From contig JAEZSE010000021.1 in the NCBI GenBank assembly GCA_023421955.1, positions 9,701 to 73,700 on the forward strand: a DNA stretch of 64,000 nt. Direction: 5' to 3'. Below are positions 1 to 8,499 of the stretch, piece after piece (position 1 is the first letter of the stretch; each line of letters opens with the position of its first letter). Origin of the DNA: Bacillota bacterium. GTDB lineage: Bacteria; Bacillota; Clostridia; Christensenellales; UMGS416. The position numbers and the translations under genes are program-made. Under the pieces are notes generated by a model. It did no database searches. It was given only the letters and a program-made list of their open reading frames with translations, and was not told where the DNA came from.

Positions 1-631
1 CTCGCTGAACCTGAGCTCCTGGGGTAAAGTGCTGGTTGGCCTGGGCATTTCCTCGGTCGCCGGTTTTGTGGTGGCGATCCTCGTAACCTGGCTCATCATT
101 GCCATCTTCCGCAGGGTCAAACGCAAAACTGCCAACACGTTCTTTTCGGCGGGCCAGGTGGCTTCCGCTGCCTTGATGGCATACAACCACGGCGCACAAG
201 ACGGCCAGAAGTTCCTGGGCATTTTTGCCTTGGCACTGATGCTGGGCGGCCTCGTGCCGATGAGCGCCACATTTACGATTCCTGTTTGGGCAAAGGTGTG
301 CGTGTCAGCGGTGATGTGCCTTGGCACCTCCATCGGCGGCTACCGCATCATCAGCAAGATGGGCATGCAGATGGTGAAGCTGGAGAAATACCAGGGCTTT
401 TCCGCCGAGATCGGCGCATCAGTGCTGATGTTTATCGCAACACCTCTCGGTATCCCGCTGAGCACCACGCAAACCAAGGCCACCGCCATCATGGGTGCCG
501 GTGCAGCCCGCAAGCTTTCCGATGTCAATTGGTCTGTGGTCAAGGAAATGTTTGTGGCATGGGGCCTCACATTCCCCATTTGCATCGCAATCGGCTATAT
601 TGTGACAAAGCTGTTTATGCTGATATTCTAA
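1..631 (+). CDS. Inorganic phosphate transporter, PiT family (5' end cut by window edge)
   Basis: Frame is open to the window start. Polytopic hydrophobic sequence with the PiT-type motif NHGAQDGQK. Its usual DUF47 partner gene follows 14 nt downstream. Confidence 0.85.
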   Translation, partial: SLNLSSWGKVLVGLGISSVAGFVVAILVTWLIIAIFRRVKRKTANTFFSAGQVASAALMAYNHGAQDGQKFLGIFALALMLGGLVPMSATFTIPVWAKVCVSAVMCLGTSIGGYRIISKMGMQMVKLEKYQGFSAEIGASVLMFIATPLGIPLSTTQTKATAIMGAGAARKLSDVNWSVVKEMFVAWGLTFPICIAIGYIVTKLFMLIF

Positions 632-644
632 GGAGGGTTTCGCA

Positions 645-1271
645 ATGCCCGGTATGATTAAAAAAGAGGTCAACTATTTCGATCAATTCACTTCCGGCGT
701 GAACTTCTGTAAAAAAGCTGCCGACGCACTGCTCATGATGTTGGCAGATGAAAAGGTCAACACATGCGAGCGTGAGTCGATCCACCGCATCGAGCAGGAA
801 GCGGACAAGCATGTGCACGAGATGTTCTCCCACCTGAACCATTCCTTTATCACGCCAATTGACCGTGAGGATATCATAGAGATTGTGAAGGAAACCGACA
901 ATGTGACTGACGGTATCGATGCGGTGGCGCAGGAGTTCTGGATGTTGCACATTGACCGCCTGATCCCCCAGTCCCGCAGGATGGCCGAGCTCATCGTGAA
1001 GTCCTGCACGGCGCTGGTGGAAATGATGCAGGAGCTGAAGCAGCACAACAAGAAGAATAATCGCCTGATGGAGCGCATCATTGAGATCAACAACATTGAG
1101 GAGGAAGGCGACCAGATCTACCGCGAGACGCTGTATGAGCTGTTCGCCCCCGGCGCCGATGCACTGCACGCAGTGAAATGGCGTGCGGTGATTGACCTCA
1201 TGGAAAACGTGCTGGACAACTGCGAAAACGTGGCCGACACGGTGCAGTCGATTATGACCAAGAGCTCGTAA
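645..1271 (+). CDS. DUF47 / PhoU-like phosphate transport accessory protein
   Basis: 208-aa helical protein tightly linked to the PiT gene. This size and pairing are typical of the DUF47 (YkaA-like) family. Confidence 0.8.
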   Translation: MPGMIKKEVNYFDQFTSGVNFCKKAADALLMMLADEKVNTCERESIHRIEQEADKHVHEMFSHLNHSFITPIDREDIIEIVKETDNVTDGIDAVAQEFWMLHIDRLIPQSRRMAELIVKSCTALVEMMQELKQHNKKNNRLMERIIEINNIEEEGDQIYRETLYELFAPGADALHAVKWRAVIDLMENVLDNCENVADTVQSIMTKSS

Positions 1272-1313
1272 GGATCAACACGGTAAGCATTCTCCCGACA
1301 GACCATAAACAAA

Positions 1314-1356
1314 AACAAAAGCCATGCATTGCTAGAACAAACGCATGGCTTTTTCG
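1314..1356. terminator. Bidirectional rho-independent terminator between convergent genes
   Basis: Stem agccatgc (1320-1327) pairs with gcatggct (1343-1350). An A-run lies on the left and a T-run on the right. Confidence 0.6.
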
Positions 1357-1369
1357 ATATGCTGCGCTG

Positions 1370-3961
1370 CTAAAGCTCCATTCTCGTCACATGCGGAGAG
1401 TATTGGGCTTTCGCCGTGATCGTGCCTTTGGCATGCCTGCCGAATATTTTGACACGCTTTTCTTCAAACGGAAGCAAATCGAAGTAATTGTCTTCAAAAT
1501 ACCATCCGAATTCATCTCCGTTTTCCTCGCCTGAAAGCTCAACACAACGTGCAAAACGATCGGTCCTGATGATGATTACGCCATCGTCTTGCGCAAGATC
1601 AATGCGCGCTTCAGGGAAGACAAGATGGCGCTCGAGATCCATCAGCATGGTTGTGCTGGCAATGACTTCCCCATCCTCTTTCAACAGAGCCGCATAGATC
1701 ACTTCCTCCCGGAAGATCGGGGAGATGCGATCAAGATCTGTCAGCACCTTTGATTGACCCGCTTCTATCCAAATGGGTAATGTCATCTCCTGCCGCACAT
1801 GGTTGGAAGCCTGGCTAAAGGCTTTGATCACCAATTTCCCGCCAATATCTTCCAATGTGTCATTAACACCCCACAACAAAATATGATCCTCCAGATCAAA
1901 AGAAAGCAACACGGGGCTGAACGACCGCTTCACCTGATAATATGGAATGTGAACCTCAAGGAAGTAATCGATCAGGCTGCAATAAAGCTGCGGCCATGTG
2001 TCATTGATCTTCCACAAGAGCGTGCCAGCAACCCGGCGCTCTCCAGATACGTCGTAGGCCGGTTTTCCCCTGCGCGCCATTTCAGTGTACTTTCTGGTGA
2101 AATACTGATAAGCAGCGTTGATCCGGTAAACCAACGTTTGGCTGTCGTGCGCGTCGTAGAATTTTTCGACCGGCCCGGCTTCCGCTGCAAAGAATCCGGC
2201 AGCACGGCGCCAAAGCGTGCGCGGCACCGGAATCCGTTTCCATGTGGTCAGATAATTTTTCTTTCGAGCCGCTTTGTATTCCTCCACAAATGGATTATAG
2301 GCGTTTTGGTAGGTAATCTGATTTACATAGCCTTCCGGCCAAATCTCCTCCGGCTTCATGAATTTCCGGATGCTTCTCAATGGCCCGATGGAGGTGCGCG
2401 CCGATTCCGACACAAACACAGGATACTGCCAGGTGGAGTGGCGCAGGGTGTAGTACAGGGGATGGGTATCCCCCTCGCCAGGGTCGGATGGATATTCGCC
2501 GCCGGCGGGCGAACTCAAATGGTAATATCGCTCCGGATCAAGCTGATTGCATATGTCGGAAAAGTCAACACGAAACAGTTTATATCCGACATCCTTCCAG
2601 TCCTTTTCATAGTATCCCTCTTCATTGTGCATCAAGGTTTCATTGCCGCCGCACCACAAAAGAATACATGGCCTGTGCTTCAGCCTCTGCACAATTTGCG
2701 TGGCTTCACGCCTGCAAAGATCACGATAATGCGCCAGGTCTGGATGAAAAGACCAATTCAGATAGAAATCCTGCCATATCATGATCCCCCGGCGGTCACA
2801 CTCATCATACAGGCTGTCGCCATACTGCATTCCGCCGCCCCACAGCCTGAGGCAATTCATATTCATCTTGTCGATCAGATCAATTTCTGTTGTGCAGCGT
2901 TCTGCATCCCACCGGTGTGTCAGGCCGAAAAAGGGAGCGATGTTCCCGCCCCAAAGCTTGATGAGCCTTCCATTGACCCTGAACCTCATATTGCCGACTG
3001 CCTCAAGCCGCCGGATCCCCACCTGTTTGGAGACGGAATCCAACAGTTCACCGTCTGAATAAAGGTCCGTAATCACAGTGTATAACGATTGATCACCATA
3101 ATTCTTGGGCCACCACAGCCGCGGGGCATTCACAACCGCCGCGACCTCATAACGGTCAAGCTCTTTTGTTACCGCAAAGTGATCCGCACATGCGCATACC
3201 TGCTTCCCATCGGGGTCCAGTATCCGCAAGCTGACTGTCAATGCACTGCACTCCGCGCGGCATTGCACCGCTGACAGCACTTCAGCTGACAAATACCGCT
3301 CCCCCATCCGAATATTGATATCATTCCAAACAATCTCCGCATGATCCGTGGTTTCCAGGACTACATCATCAAACAGGCCAATCGGAGTCAGCAATACGTT
3401 GCCAAAATCTCCAAAATCCGTGCTGCATTTCCGAAGCAGGGCCGCAGGCCCGAACAGGCCTTTGAGGCCCTCAGGCAGTTCAGTTTCGCGTTGTTTTGCT
3501 ATTTTGTATGGCGAGTAAAAATAAACAAGCAAACGGTTTGTTTCCCTGAGCTTGCCGGTGACATCGATATGGTTTTCAAGATACATGTCATCGTGGGACC
3601 CGATGCAAACCTCATTCAAATAGATCTCAGCGATGGTATCAATCCCTTTAAACCGCAGATACTGCTTCTGCCCCAAGGCGGCAGGTTTCGCATCAAAATC
3701 ACAGACATAGACCCAATCTCGCTGGGCAATCCACGCATATGGCTCCGTTTCACCGGTCAAAACTTCGTCGCCAAGCATGCCGTTCTTCAGCAGAACAGAC
3801 TGCACCTGATCGCCCGCTCCACAAAAAAACCATCCATGAAAACCGGATGGTTCTTGATCGATCTGCTTTCTGAGGATTTCCAGTGTTGCTGCCTGCGTGC
3901 ACGCATCGGTTTCCGGGGCAATTGTGAACCACCAGAAATCAAGCTTCTGCACAATTCTCAT
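1370..3961 (-). CDS. Glycoside hydrolase family 2 (beta-mannosidase-like)
   Basis: ORF of about 860 aa with GH2 layout (N-terminal sugar-binding region, then a TIM-barrel segment WGGGMQYGDSLYDECDRRGIMIWQDF). Start is taken at MRIVQKL; the upstream ATG at 3985 is also possible. Confidence 0.8.
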   Translation of the reverse strand: MRIVQKLDFWWFTIAPETDACTQAATLEILRKQIDQEPSGFHGWFFCGAGDQVQSVLLKNGMLGDEVLTGETEPYAWIAQRDWVYVCDFDAKPAALGQKQYLRFKGIDTIAEIYLNEVCIGSHDDMYLENHIDVTGKLRETNRLLVYFYSPYKIAKQRETELPEGLKGLFGPAALLRKCSTDFGDFGNVLLTPIGLFDDVVLETTDHAEIVWNDINIRMGERYLSAEVLSAVQCRAECSALTVSLRILDPDGKQVCACADHFAVTKELDRYEVAAVVNAPRLWWPKNYGDQSLYTVITDLYSDGELLDSVSKQVGIRRLEAVGNMRFRVNGRLIKLWGGNIAPFFGLTHRWDAERCTTEIDLIDKMNMNCLRLWGGGMQYGDSLYDECDRRGIMIWQDFYLNWSFHPDLAHYRDLCRREATQIVQRLKHRPCILLWCGGNETLMHNEEGYYEKDWKDVGYKLFRVDFSDICNQLDPERYYHLSSPAGGEYPSDPGEGDTHPLYYTLRHSTWQYPVFVSESARTSIGPLRSIRKFMKPEEIWPEGYVNQITYQNAYNPFVEEYKAARKKNYLTTWKRIPVPRTLWRRAAGFFAAEAGPVEKFYDAHDSQTLVYRINAAYQYFTRKYTEMARRGKPAYDVSGERRVAGTLLWKINDTWPQLYCSLIDYFLEVHIPYYQVKRSFSPVLLSFDLEDHILLWGVNDTLEDIGGKLVIKAFSQASNHVRQEMTLPIWIEAGQSKVLTDLDRISPIFREEVIYAALLKEDGEVIASTTMLMDLERHLVFPEARIDLAQDDGVIIIRTDRFARCVELSGEENGDEFGWYFEDNYFDLLPFEEKRVKIFGRHAKGTITAKAQYSPHVTRMEL

Positions 3962-4415
3962 CGCGGCCTCTCCTCTCCATGTCAAGCAGGTGTTCCTTCA
4001 TCTCAGCCCCGCCAGCATAACTCTGCTTCTTCCCATGCCCATACACCACCCTGTGGCAGGGCACCAGGATGGGCAGCGGGTTTTGGGCCATCGCCTGGCC
4101 CACGGCGCGGGCAGCGGAAGCCCGGCCTATCATTGCAGCCAGCTGGCCATATGTTACGGTGTGCCCATATGGCACCAAGAGCAGAGCCTGCCAGATGGCC
4201 TTGTGGAAAGGTGGGCCTTCGATCACAAAAGGCACGTTGAATTCCCTGCGGGCCCCTTCCAGATATTCATTGAGCTCCTGCGCAAGGTTCGTTTGCGGGC
4301 TCCCCTCCAATGGTGGCGGCATAGAGTTTGGCAGATAAATCGCCTTCACAATGCCATTCTGCTCCATCACGTGCATCGTGCCCAGCTTGGTTTCAATGGC
4401 ATATACTGATCTCAT
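3939..4415 (-). CDS. ogt: Methylated-DNA--protein-cysteine methyltransferase (MGMT/Ogt)
   Basis: Active-site motif PCHRVV and the upstream TYGQLA...ARAVG helix-turn-helix region. The start is uncertain (4415 or 4496). The 3' end overlaps the GH2 start. Confidence 0.85.
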   Translation of the reverse strand: MRSVYAIETKLGTMHVMEQNGIVKAIYLPNSMPPPLEGSPQTNLAQELNEYLEGARREFNVPFVIEGPPFHKAIWQALLLVPYGHTVTYGQLAAMIGRASAARAVGQAMAQNPLPILVPCHRVVYGHGKKQSYAGGAEMKEHLLDMERRGRDENCAEA

Positions 4416-4568
4416 CACGTCGTCTCCATCATTTCCCGACCAATTTTCCCCATCAAGCCGGATCAAACCGGGCAGGGGCCAGAGGGACTCTGCCATCTTG
4501 TTGTATCAGGAATATATTATAGGCCAATGGACAAAGCAAGGCAAGCAGACAACCATGACTGACGGTGG

Positions 4569-5474
4569 TCAGACTTCCTTGCCACAAGCCGGTTCTGCGG
4601 GCTTTTCATAATAGGGCTCAGTGTGAATGATCACCTGCGCAGTAGGCGTTTCGAGCTGTCGGCGAATCTCCGCGATGATCTTGTGAATGCAGGTGTGAGA
4701 AGCTTCCACGCTCAACTCCGGATCCATTTGCACATGCATCTCAATGAAAAGATCCACCCCTGCCCTGCGGCTGCGCACTTTATGCACACTCTTTACATGC
4801 TCCTCCTTGAGAGCGATGGCCTCAATGCGCTTGCAGTCCTCCGCAGAGCGGTCCAGCAACACGCCGCTGGTGTCGCGGAAGATGCCCCAGGCGGCAAAGA
4901 AAATGAAACCGGCCACAATCAGGGAAGCAATTGGATCAATGATCGCCGGCAGGCCCAGCTTCACACCAGCCAGTGTCACCAGCACGCCCAACGACACATA
5001 GATGTCGCTGCGGGTGTGCATCGCGTCGGAGATCAGGATCTGGCTTTGGAGCTTGACCCCCTGCCGGCGCTCCAGTGTGGTGACAATGATGTTGATTGCC
5101 AACGTGGCAATCAACGCGATGAGGCTGGGGATGGTGACCTCCGGCGTTACCGGGTTGGCAAAGCGCCCCACGGCGCCCACCACGATCTCAAAGCCCAGCA
5201 CCAAAAGCATGCCGGCAATCACGAGGCCGGCCATTGTCTCAAACTTGCTGTGGCCATAGGGGTGATCCTCATCCATGGGCCGTGAGGCCATCGCAATGCC
5301 CACCAGCCCCACGATGTTGGAAGAGCCGTCGCTCAAGCTGTGGTAGCCGTCAGCGGTCAAGCTGGAGCTCTTGATCAGCATGCCAACGATGAGCTTCAGC
5401 GCGCACACGGCGAAGTTGGCCAGCATGATAACCCAAAGCACGGTCCGTACTTTTTTGTAGTTGTAGAGTTCCAT
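4569..5474 (-). CDS. Cation diffusion facilitator (CDF) family metal efflux transporter
   Basis: Six-TM N-terminal half with HSLSD and HPYGH motifs, plus a C-terminal cytoplasmic domain. Start is chosen at MELYNYKK because GGAGG lies 5 nt upstream. Confidence 0.85.
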   Translation of the reverse strand: MELYNYKKVRTVLWVIMLANFAVCALKLIVGMLIKSSSLTADGYHSLSDGSSNIVGLVGIAMASRPMDEDHPYGHSKFETMAGLVIAGMLLVLGFEIVVGAVGRFANPVTPEVTIPSLIALIATLAINIIVTTLERRQGVKLQSQILISDAMHTRSDIYVSLGVLVTLAGVKLGLPAIIDPIASLIVAGFIFFAAWGIFRDTSGVLLDRSAEDCKRIEAIALKEEHVKSVHKVRSRRAGVDLFIEMHVQMDPELSVEASHTCIHKIIAEIRRQLETPTAQVIIHTEPYYEKPAEPACGKEV

Positions 5475-5612
5475 AGAATCCTCCATATAATAAAAGACCC
5501 ATGAAGGTTGCCCAGAGGGCTGCCCCATGGATCTCTCCACTGCCAACGAAGGCCCGGCGGCGCACACCGCTTGGTCTTCTATACTATATTATGGATTATG
5601 TTGAAATGTCAA
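5475..5612 (-). promoter_or_regulatory. Promoter plus structured 5' leader of the CDF gene (candidate NiCo/czcD-class metal riboswitch)
   Basis: On the minus strand: TTGACA (5612-5607), an 18-nt spacer, then TATAGT (5588-5583). The roughly 90-nt leader has long-range pairing AGAAGACC...GGUCUUUU and repeated GGGCA(G/A) motifs. Confidence 0.3.
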
Positions 5613-5642
5613 TACGATTGCGAATAATTTATACTTTGATAG

Positions 5643-5654
5643 TGATTATCATTA
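5643..5654. promoter_or_regulatory. Fur-family-like box
   Basis: The minus strand reads TAATGATAATCA, a 12-nt stretch of the classical Fur consensus GATAATGATAATCATTATC. It lies about 30 nt upstream of the CDF -35 element. Confidence 0.25.
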
Positions 5655-5696
5655 GCAAGGGAACTCCTTCCGCCATCTTCATAGAGGGGGGAATAC

Positions 5697-5885
5697 TTGG
5701 GGATGTCACTAGGGATACTCCCTCCGTCGGTTTCGCCGCCATCTCCCTCAAGAGGGAGGTAGGGAAGGATTCAACGATATCCTAGAAGAAGCAGCTCTTT
5801 ACCCCCTTCATTGAGGGGGGATGTCGCCCACAGGCGACAGGGGGGAGTTCTCAGGGATGTCGCAGAGCGACAGGGGGAGTCCTAC
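5697..5885. repeat. Intergenic palindromic repeat element, copy A
   Basis: Module 1 is ctccctccg..gccgccatCTCCCTcaagAGGGAGg (5718-5759). Module 2 is two tandem units GGATGTCGC..GCGACAGGGGGAGT (5817-5848 and 5855-5880). The same modules recur at 8325-8445. Confidence 0.75.
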
Positions 5886-5887
5886 GG

Positions 5888-6451
5888 CTACCCCTTCGCC
5901 CTCACAAACGAGATCAAAAAGAAAAACAGCCCCGTGCATTTCAAAAGCTCTGTGCACACCTTGAACACACCAACCGGTGTCTTGTGCCAGCTGGAGGCAT
6001 CAAAACCCCGCGTCGCCACCGGGCAAACGAGCAGCCGGGCTCCGGGGAAATATCGCCGGTAGGCCTTCAGGCACCGGCGGCCATGGAAATTCTGGCAACA
6101 AAGGATAGCTGTTTGCACTGGGATGCCGGCGCGATCCAGCGACGCCCGGCTGAGGCGGGCATTGTCCAGCGTGTGGCGGGCGTGGTTTTCGCGCAGGATG
6201 GCAGCTTCAGGTACGCCGGCGCTTTTCAGCACTTCGGTAAGCGCCTCGCACTCGCAGGCGCGCTCCCCGCTGCGGTGGAAGATCCAGCAATTCCCAGATG
6301 GCACAACGACCGGCGCGAAGCCATCCAAATATAGTCGGGCAGCCCGCTCCGCCGGTTCGGCGAAGGGGCTGCCCGGCAAAAGGATCACATCAGCCTTATC
6401 GGGCTCATGCTCAATGAATAGATAATTCGTGATTCGTTTGATCAATCCCAT
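5888..6451 (-). CDS. DUF218 (YdcF/ElyC-like) domain protein
   Basis: The motif DVILLPGS...RAARLY...VVPSG is typical of DUF218. Start is chosen at MGLIKRI, which removes the overlap with the upstream gene. Confidence 0.7.
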   Translation of the reverse strand: MGLIKRITNYLFIEHEPDKADVILLPGSPFAEPAERAARLYLDGFAPVVVPSGNCWIFHRSGERACECEALTEVLKSAGVPEAAILRENHARHTLDNARLSRASLDRAGIPVQTAILCCQNFHGRRCLKAYRRYFPGARLLVCPVATRGFDASSWHKTPVGVFKVCTELLKCTGLFFFLISFVRAKG

Positions 6452-6455
6452 GGCA

Positions 6456-6995
6456 TCATGCAATCCGACAATACCAATACAAGGCTGTTTCACCTTTGCT
6501 CCCGGTGGTTTCATACACCTCGTAATCCACCCCGGACAATACAAACCCATAGGCGGCATAAAAGCGGCACGCAGCGGCATTGATATCCTGTGTTTCCAGG
6601 CACACGATCGAAAAACCTTGTGCTTTGGCCCAGTTCATGGCAGCGTCCATTAACTTTCGCCCGATACCCTTGCCACGGAATGCTTCGTCTACACGGATGT
6701 CTTCAACACGGGCCATACCGTTCCAATACTCTTGAATATAGACCTGCCCTGTGCACCGGCTACCGAGCATTGCGAAATAGACAGCATGGCGGCCATGGGG
6801 CTGCCATGGTTCATTGGGATAGATTTTTATCTGGTGAGGCTGCGGGAGCTTTGTTTCAGCAATGGTAAAGCGACTTCCCTCGTGATTTACCTGCACAATC
6901 GCTTCGATAGCAAACTGGCTCGGCACAGTATTATAATGCTGTATCGAGACTGCTGTCATTTCGACAATTATGAACTGCTTTCCCTCAGGTTTCAT
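6456..6995 (-). CDS. GNAT family N-acetyltransferase
   Basis: Acetyl-CoA binding motif RGKGIGRKLMDAAMNWAK and C-terminal FYAAYGF. The start is uncertain (6995 or 6959). Confidence 0.8.
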   Translation of the reverse strand: MKPEGKQFIIVEMTAVSIQHYNTVPSQFAIEAIVQVNHEGSRFTIAETKLPQPHQIKIYPNEPWQPHGRHAVYFAMLGSRCTGQVYIQEYWNGMARVEDIRVDEAFRGKGIGRKLMDAAMNWAKAQGFSIVCLETQDINAAACRFYAAYGFVLSGVDYEVYETTGSKGETALYWYCRIA

Positions 6996-7494
6996 AAAAG
7001 TCCACAACCTCGCCCAAAAAGAGCGTGTGGAAATCGCCGTTGGGATAAAAGTCCTCCGCCTTTCCGTCAGCAAAAAGCTCCGGCGCCATATTTGCCGTCA
7101 TCACCACGCGGCACTCAATGTGCATCCACGCCTGTGCAACCACCGGAGTGTCCAGTGTGCGGCCGTGTTGAGCGGTCAGGCCGCACTCGGCGAACTTATC
7201 CATGTTGCGGCCGCTCTTGCTACCGCAGAATGCAAGCTCTTTAGCAAGTTCGCCGGGCTTTGGGATGCTGATCGTGAACTTGCCGGACTGCGAGATCAAC
7301 CCGTGGCTGAACCGCGACAGCCGCACCGGCGCGGTAATGACCGGCCTGGACCAATACACGCCCACGCTGCCCCAGCTGATCGTCATCGTGTTGGCCTTGC
7401 CGCAATGCTCACTGGTTAAAAAGACCCCCTGCCCGTTGAGCCGGCTCGTGAATTCGTCGGCAAAGCGCTTCCAGTTTTTCCAATCCATATTCAT
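6985..7494 (-). CDS. Flavin reductase-like (FMN-binding split-barrel) protein
   Basis: 169 aa. [11 protein letters not shown] and the size are typical of the flavin reductase domain family. Confidence 0.7.
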   Translation of the reverse strand: MNMDWKNWKRFADEFTSRLNGQGVFLTSEHCGKANTMTISWGSVGVYWSRPVITAPVRLSRFSHGLISQSGKFTISIPKPGELAKELAFCGSKSGRNMDKFAECGLTAQHGRTLDTPVVAQAWMHIECRVVMTANMAPELFADGKAEDFYPNGDFHTLFLGEVVDFYET

Positions 7495-8231
7495 ACCTCC
7501 CAGGGTTCACCCTTCAAATCTGTGTTGCTGCGGTAATTGATCGCTGCTTGCCGGCGCGGGCGCATCACATGGCGCACCCCATTGGCGATCACGCGTTGTA
7601 CTTCCTTCTGTTGATAAATCGGCAGCGTCTCATGGCCGGGGCTGAAGTAAAACACCTTGCCAAGGCCGCGGGTCAGCGTAAAGCCGCTGCGGAACACCTC
7701 TCCGCCGCTGTACCAGCTGATGAAGATCAGTTCATCGGGTTGGGGGATGTTGAAGTGCTCGGCATAGGTCTCCGACTTGGGCACCTCAAAGAAGTCCTCG
7801 ATGCCAGCCGCGATGGGGTGAGCGGGGTTCACCACCCACACACGCTCAAGGTCGTCGCTTTCCCGCCAGGAAAGCAGGTTGGCCGGCGTGCCGCACAGCC
7901 TGCGGAAGATCTTGGAGGCGTGGCCGGAGTGCAGCACGATCAGGCCCATGCCCTCCTCCGTCACACGACGGAACACTTTTTCCACCACGGTGTCGGAGAC
8001 CTCATGGTGGCAAATATGCCCCCACCAGATCAATACGTCGGTTTGGTCCAAAACGTCATCGGTCAGGCCATGCTCCGGCTCGTCCAGCGTGGCGGTGCGC
8101 ACAACCAAGTCTTCTTCCTTGCCCAGAAACGATGCGATTGTGGCGTGGATTCCCTCGGGGTAAACGGCCTTGACGGCCTCGTCGGTCTTTTCATGGCGGA
8201 ATTCATTCCACACGGTGACATTGATTTTCAT
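7491..8231 (-). CDS. ThuA domain protein (trehalose-utilisation-like)
   Basis: 246 aa beginning [13 protein letters not shown], with DVLIWWGH. These features are characteristic of ThuA-like class-I glutamine amidotransferase-fold proteins. Confidence 0.75.
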   Translation of the reverse strand: MKINVTVWNEFRHEKTDEAVKAVYPEGIHATIASFLGKEEDLVVRTATLDEPEHGLTDDVLDQTDVLIWWGHICHHEVSDTVVEKVFRRVTEEGMGLIVLHSGHASKIFRRLCGTPANLLSWRESDDLERVWVVNPAHPIAAGIEDFFEVPKSETYAEHFNIPQPDELIFISWYSGGEVFRSGFTLTRGLGKVFYFSPGHETLPIYQQKEVQRVIANGVRHVMRPRRQAAINYRSNTDLKGEPWEV

Positions 8232-8324
8232 GGTGCCCTCCTCAAGTCAGAGTATTTCCATGGGTGCCAGAAAATAGTAACACAACGATGGGGATATGCA
8301 AGTGGTGAGGCGGAGTCAAGCAAC

Positions 8325-8445
8325 AAACTCCCTCCGGCGGCTATGCCGCCACCTCCCTCAAGAGGGAGGCAAGTATAGCTTGTTCAGGCTGTACTTGTCC
8401 CCCTCCTGAGGGGGATGTCGCCCAAAGGGCGACAGGGGGAGTTTT
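8325..8445. repeat. Intergenic palindromic repeat element, copy B
   Basis: ctccctccGGCGGCtatGCCGCCacCTCCCTcaagAGGGAGg (8328-8369) and cccctcctgaggggGATGTCGCCCaaaGGGCGACAGGGGGAGTT (8398-8443). Modules are in the same order and orientation as copy A. Confidence 0.75.
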
Positions 8446-8499
8446 ATGGATGCCCGATGATTACGGGGAGGTTCGGATATCCAGAGCACTAAACCCGCG

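Noticed and set aside
1799-3058. 419-aa plus-strand ORF
   Set aside because: It is antisense to the GH2 gene and has no RBS or recognisable domain. It is a high-GC frame artefact.
3939-3985. Overlap between the ogt 3' end and the GH2 5' end as a possible programmed frameshift or fusion
   Set aside because: The two frames have independent, complete domain content. The overlap shrinks to 23 nt with the internal GH2 start, which is a normal compact-operon arrangement.
5811-6062. 83-aa ORF (and similar ORFs at 8358-8618 and 32750-32939) encoding Gly/Arg/Pro-rich peptides
   Set aside because: They are generated by the palindromic intergenic repeat elements. They have no RBS and the frame is not conserved between copies.
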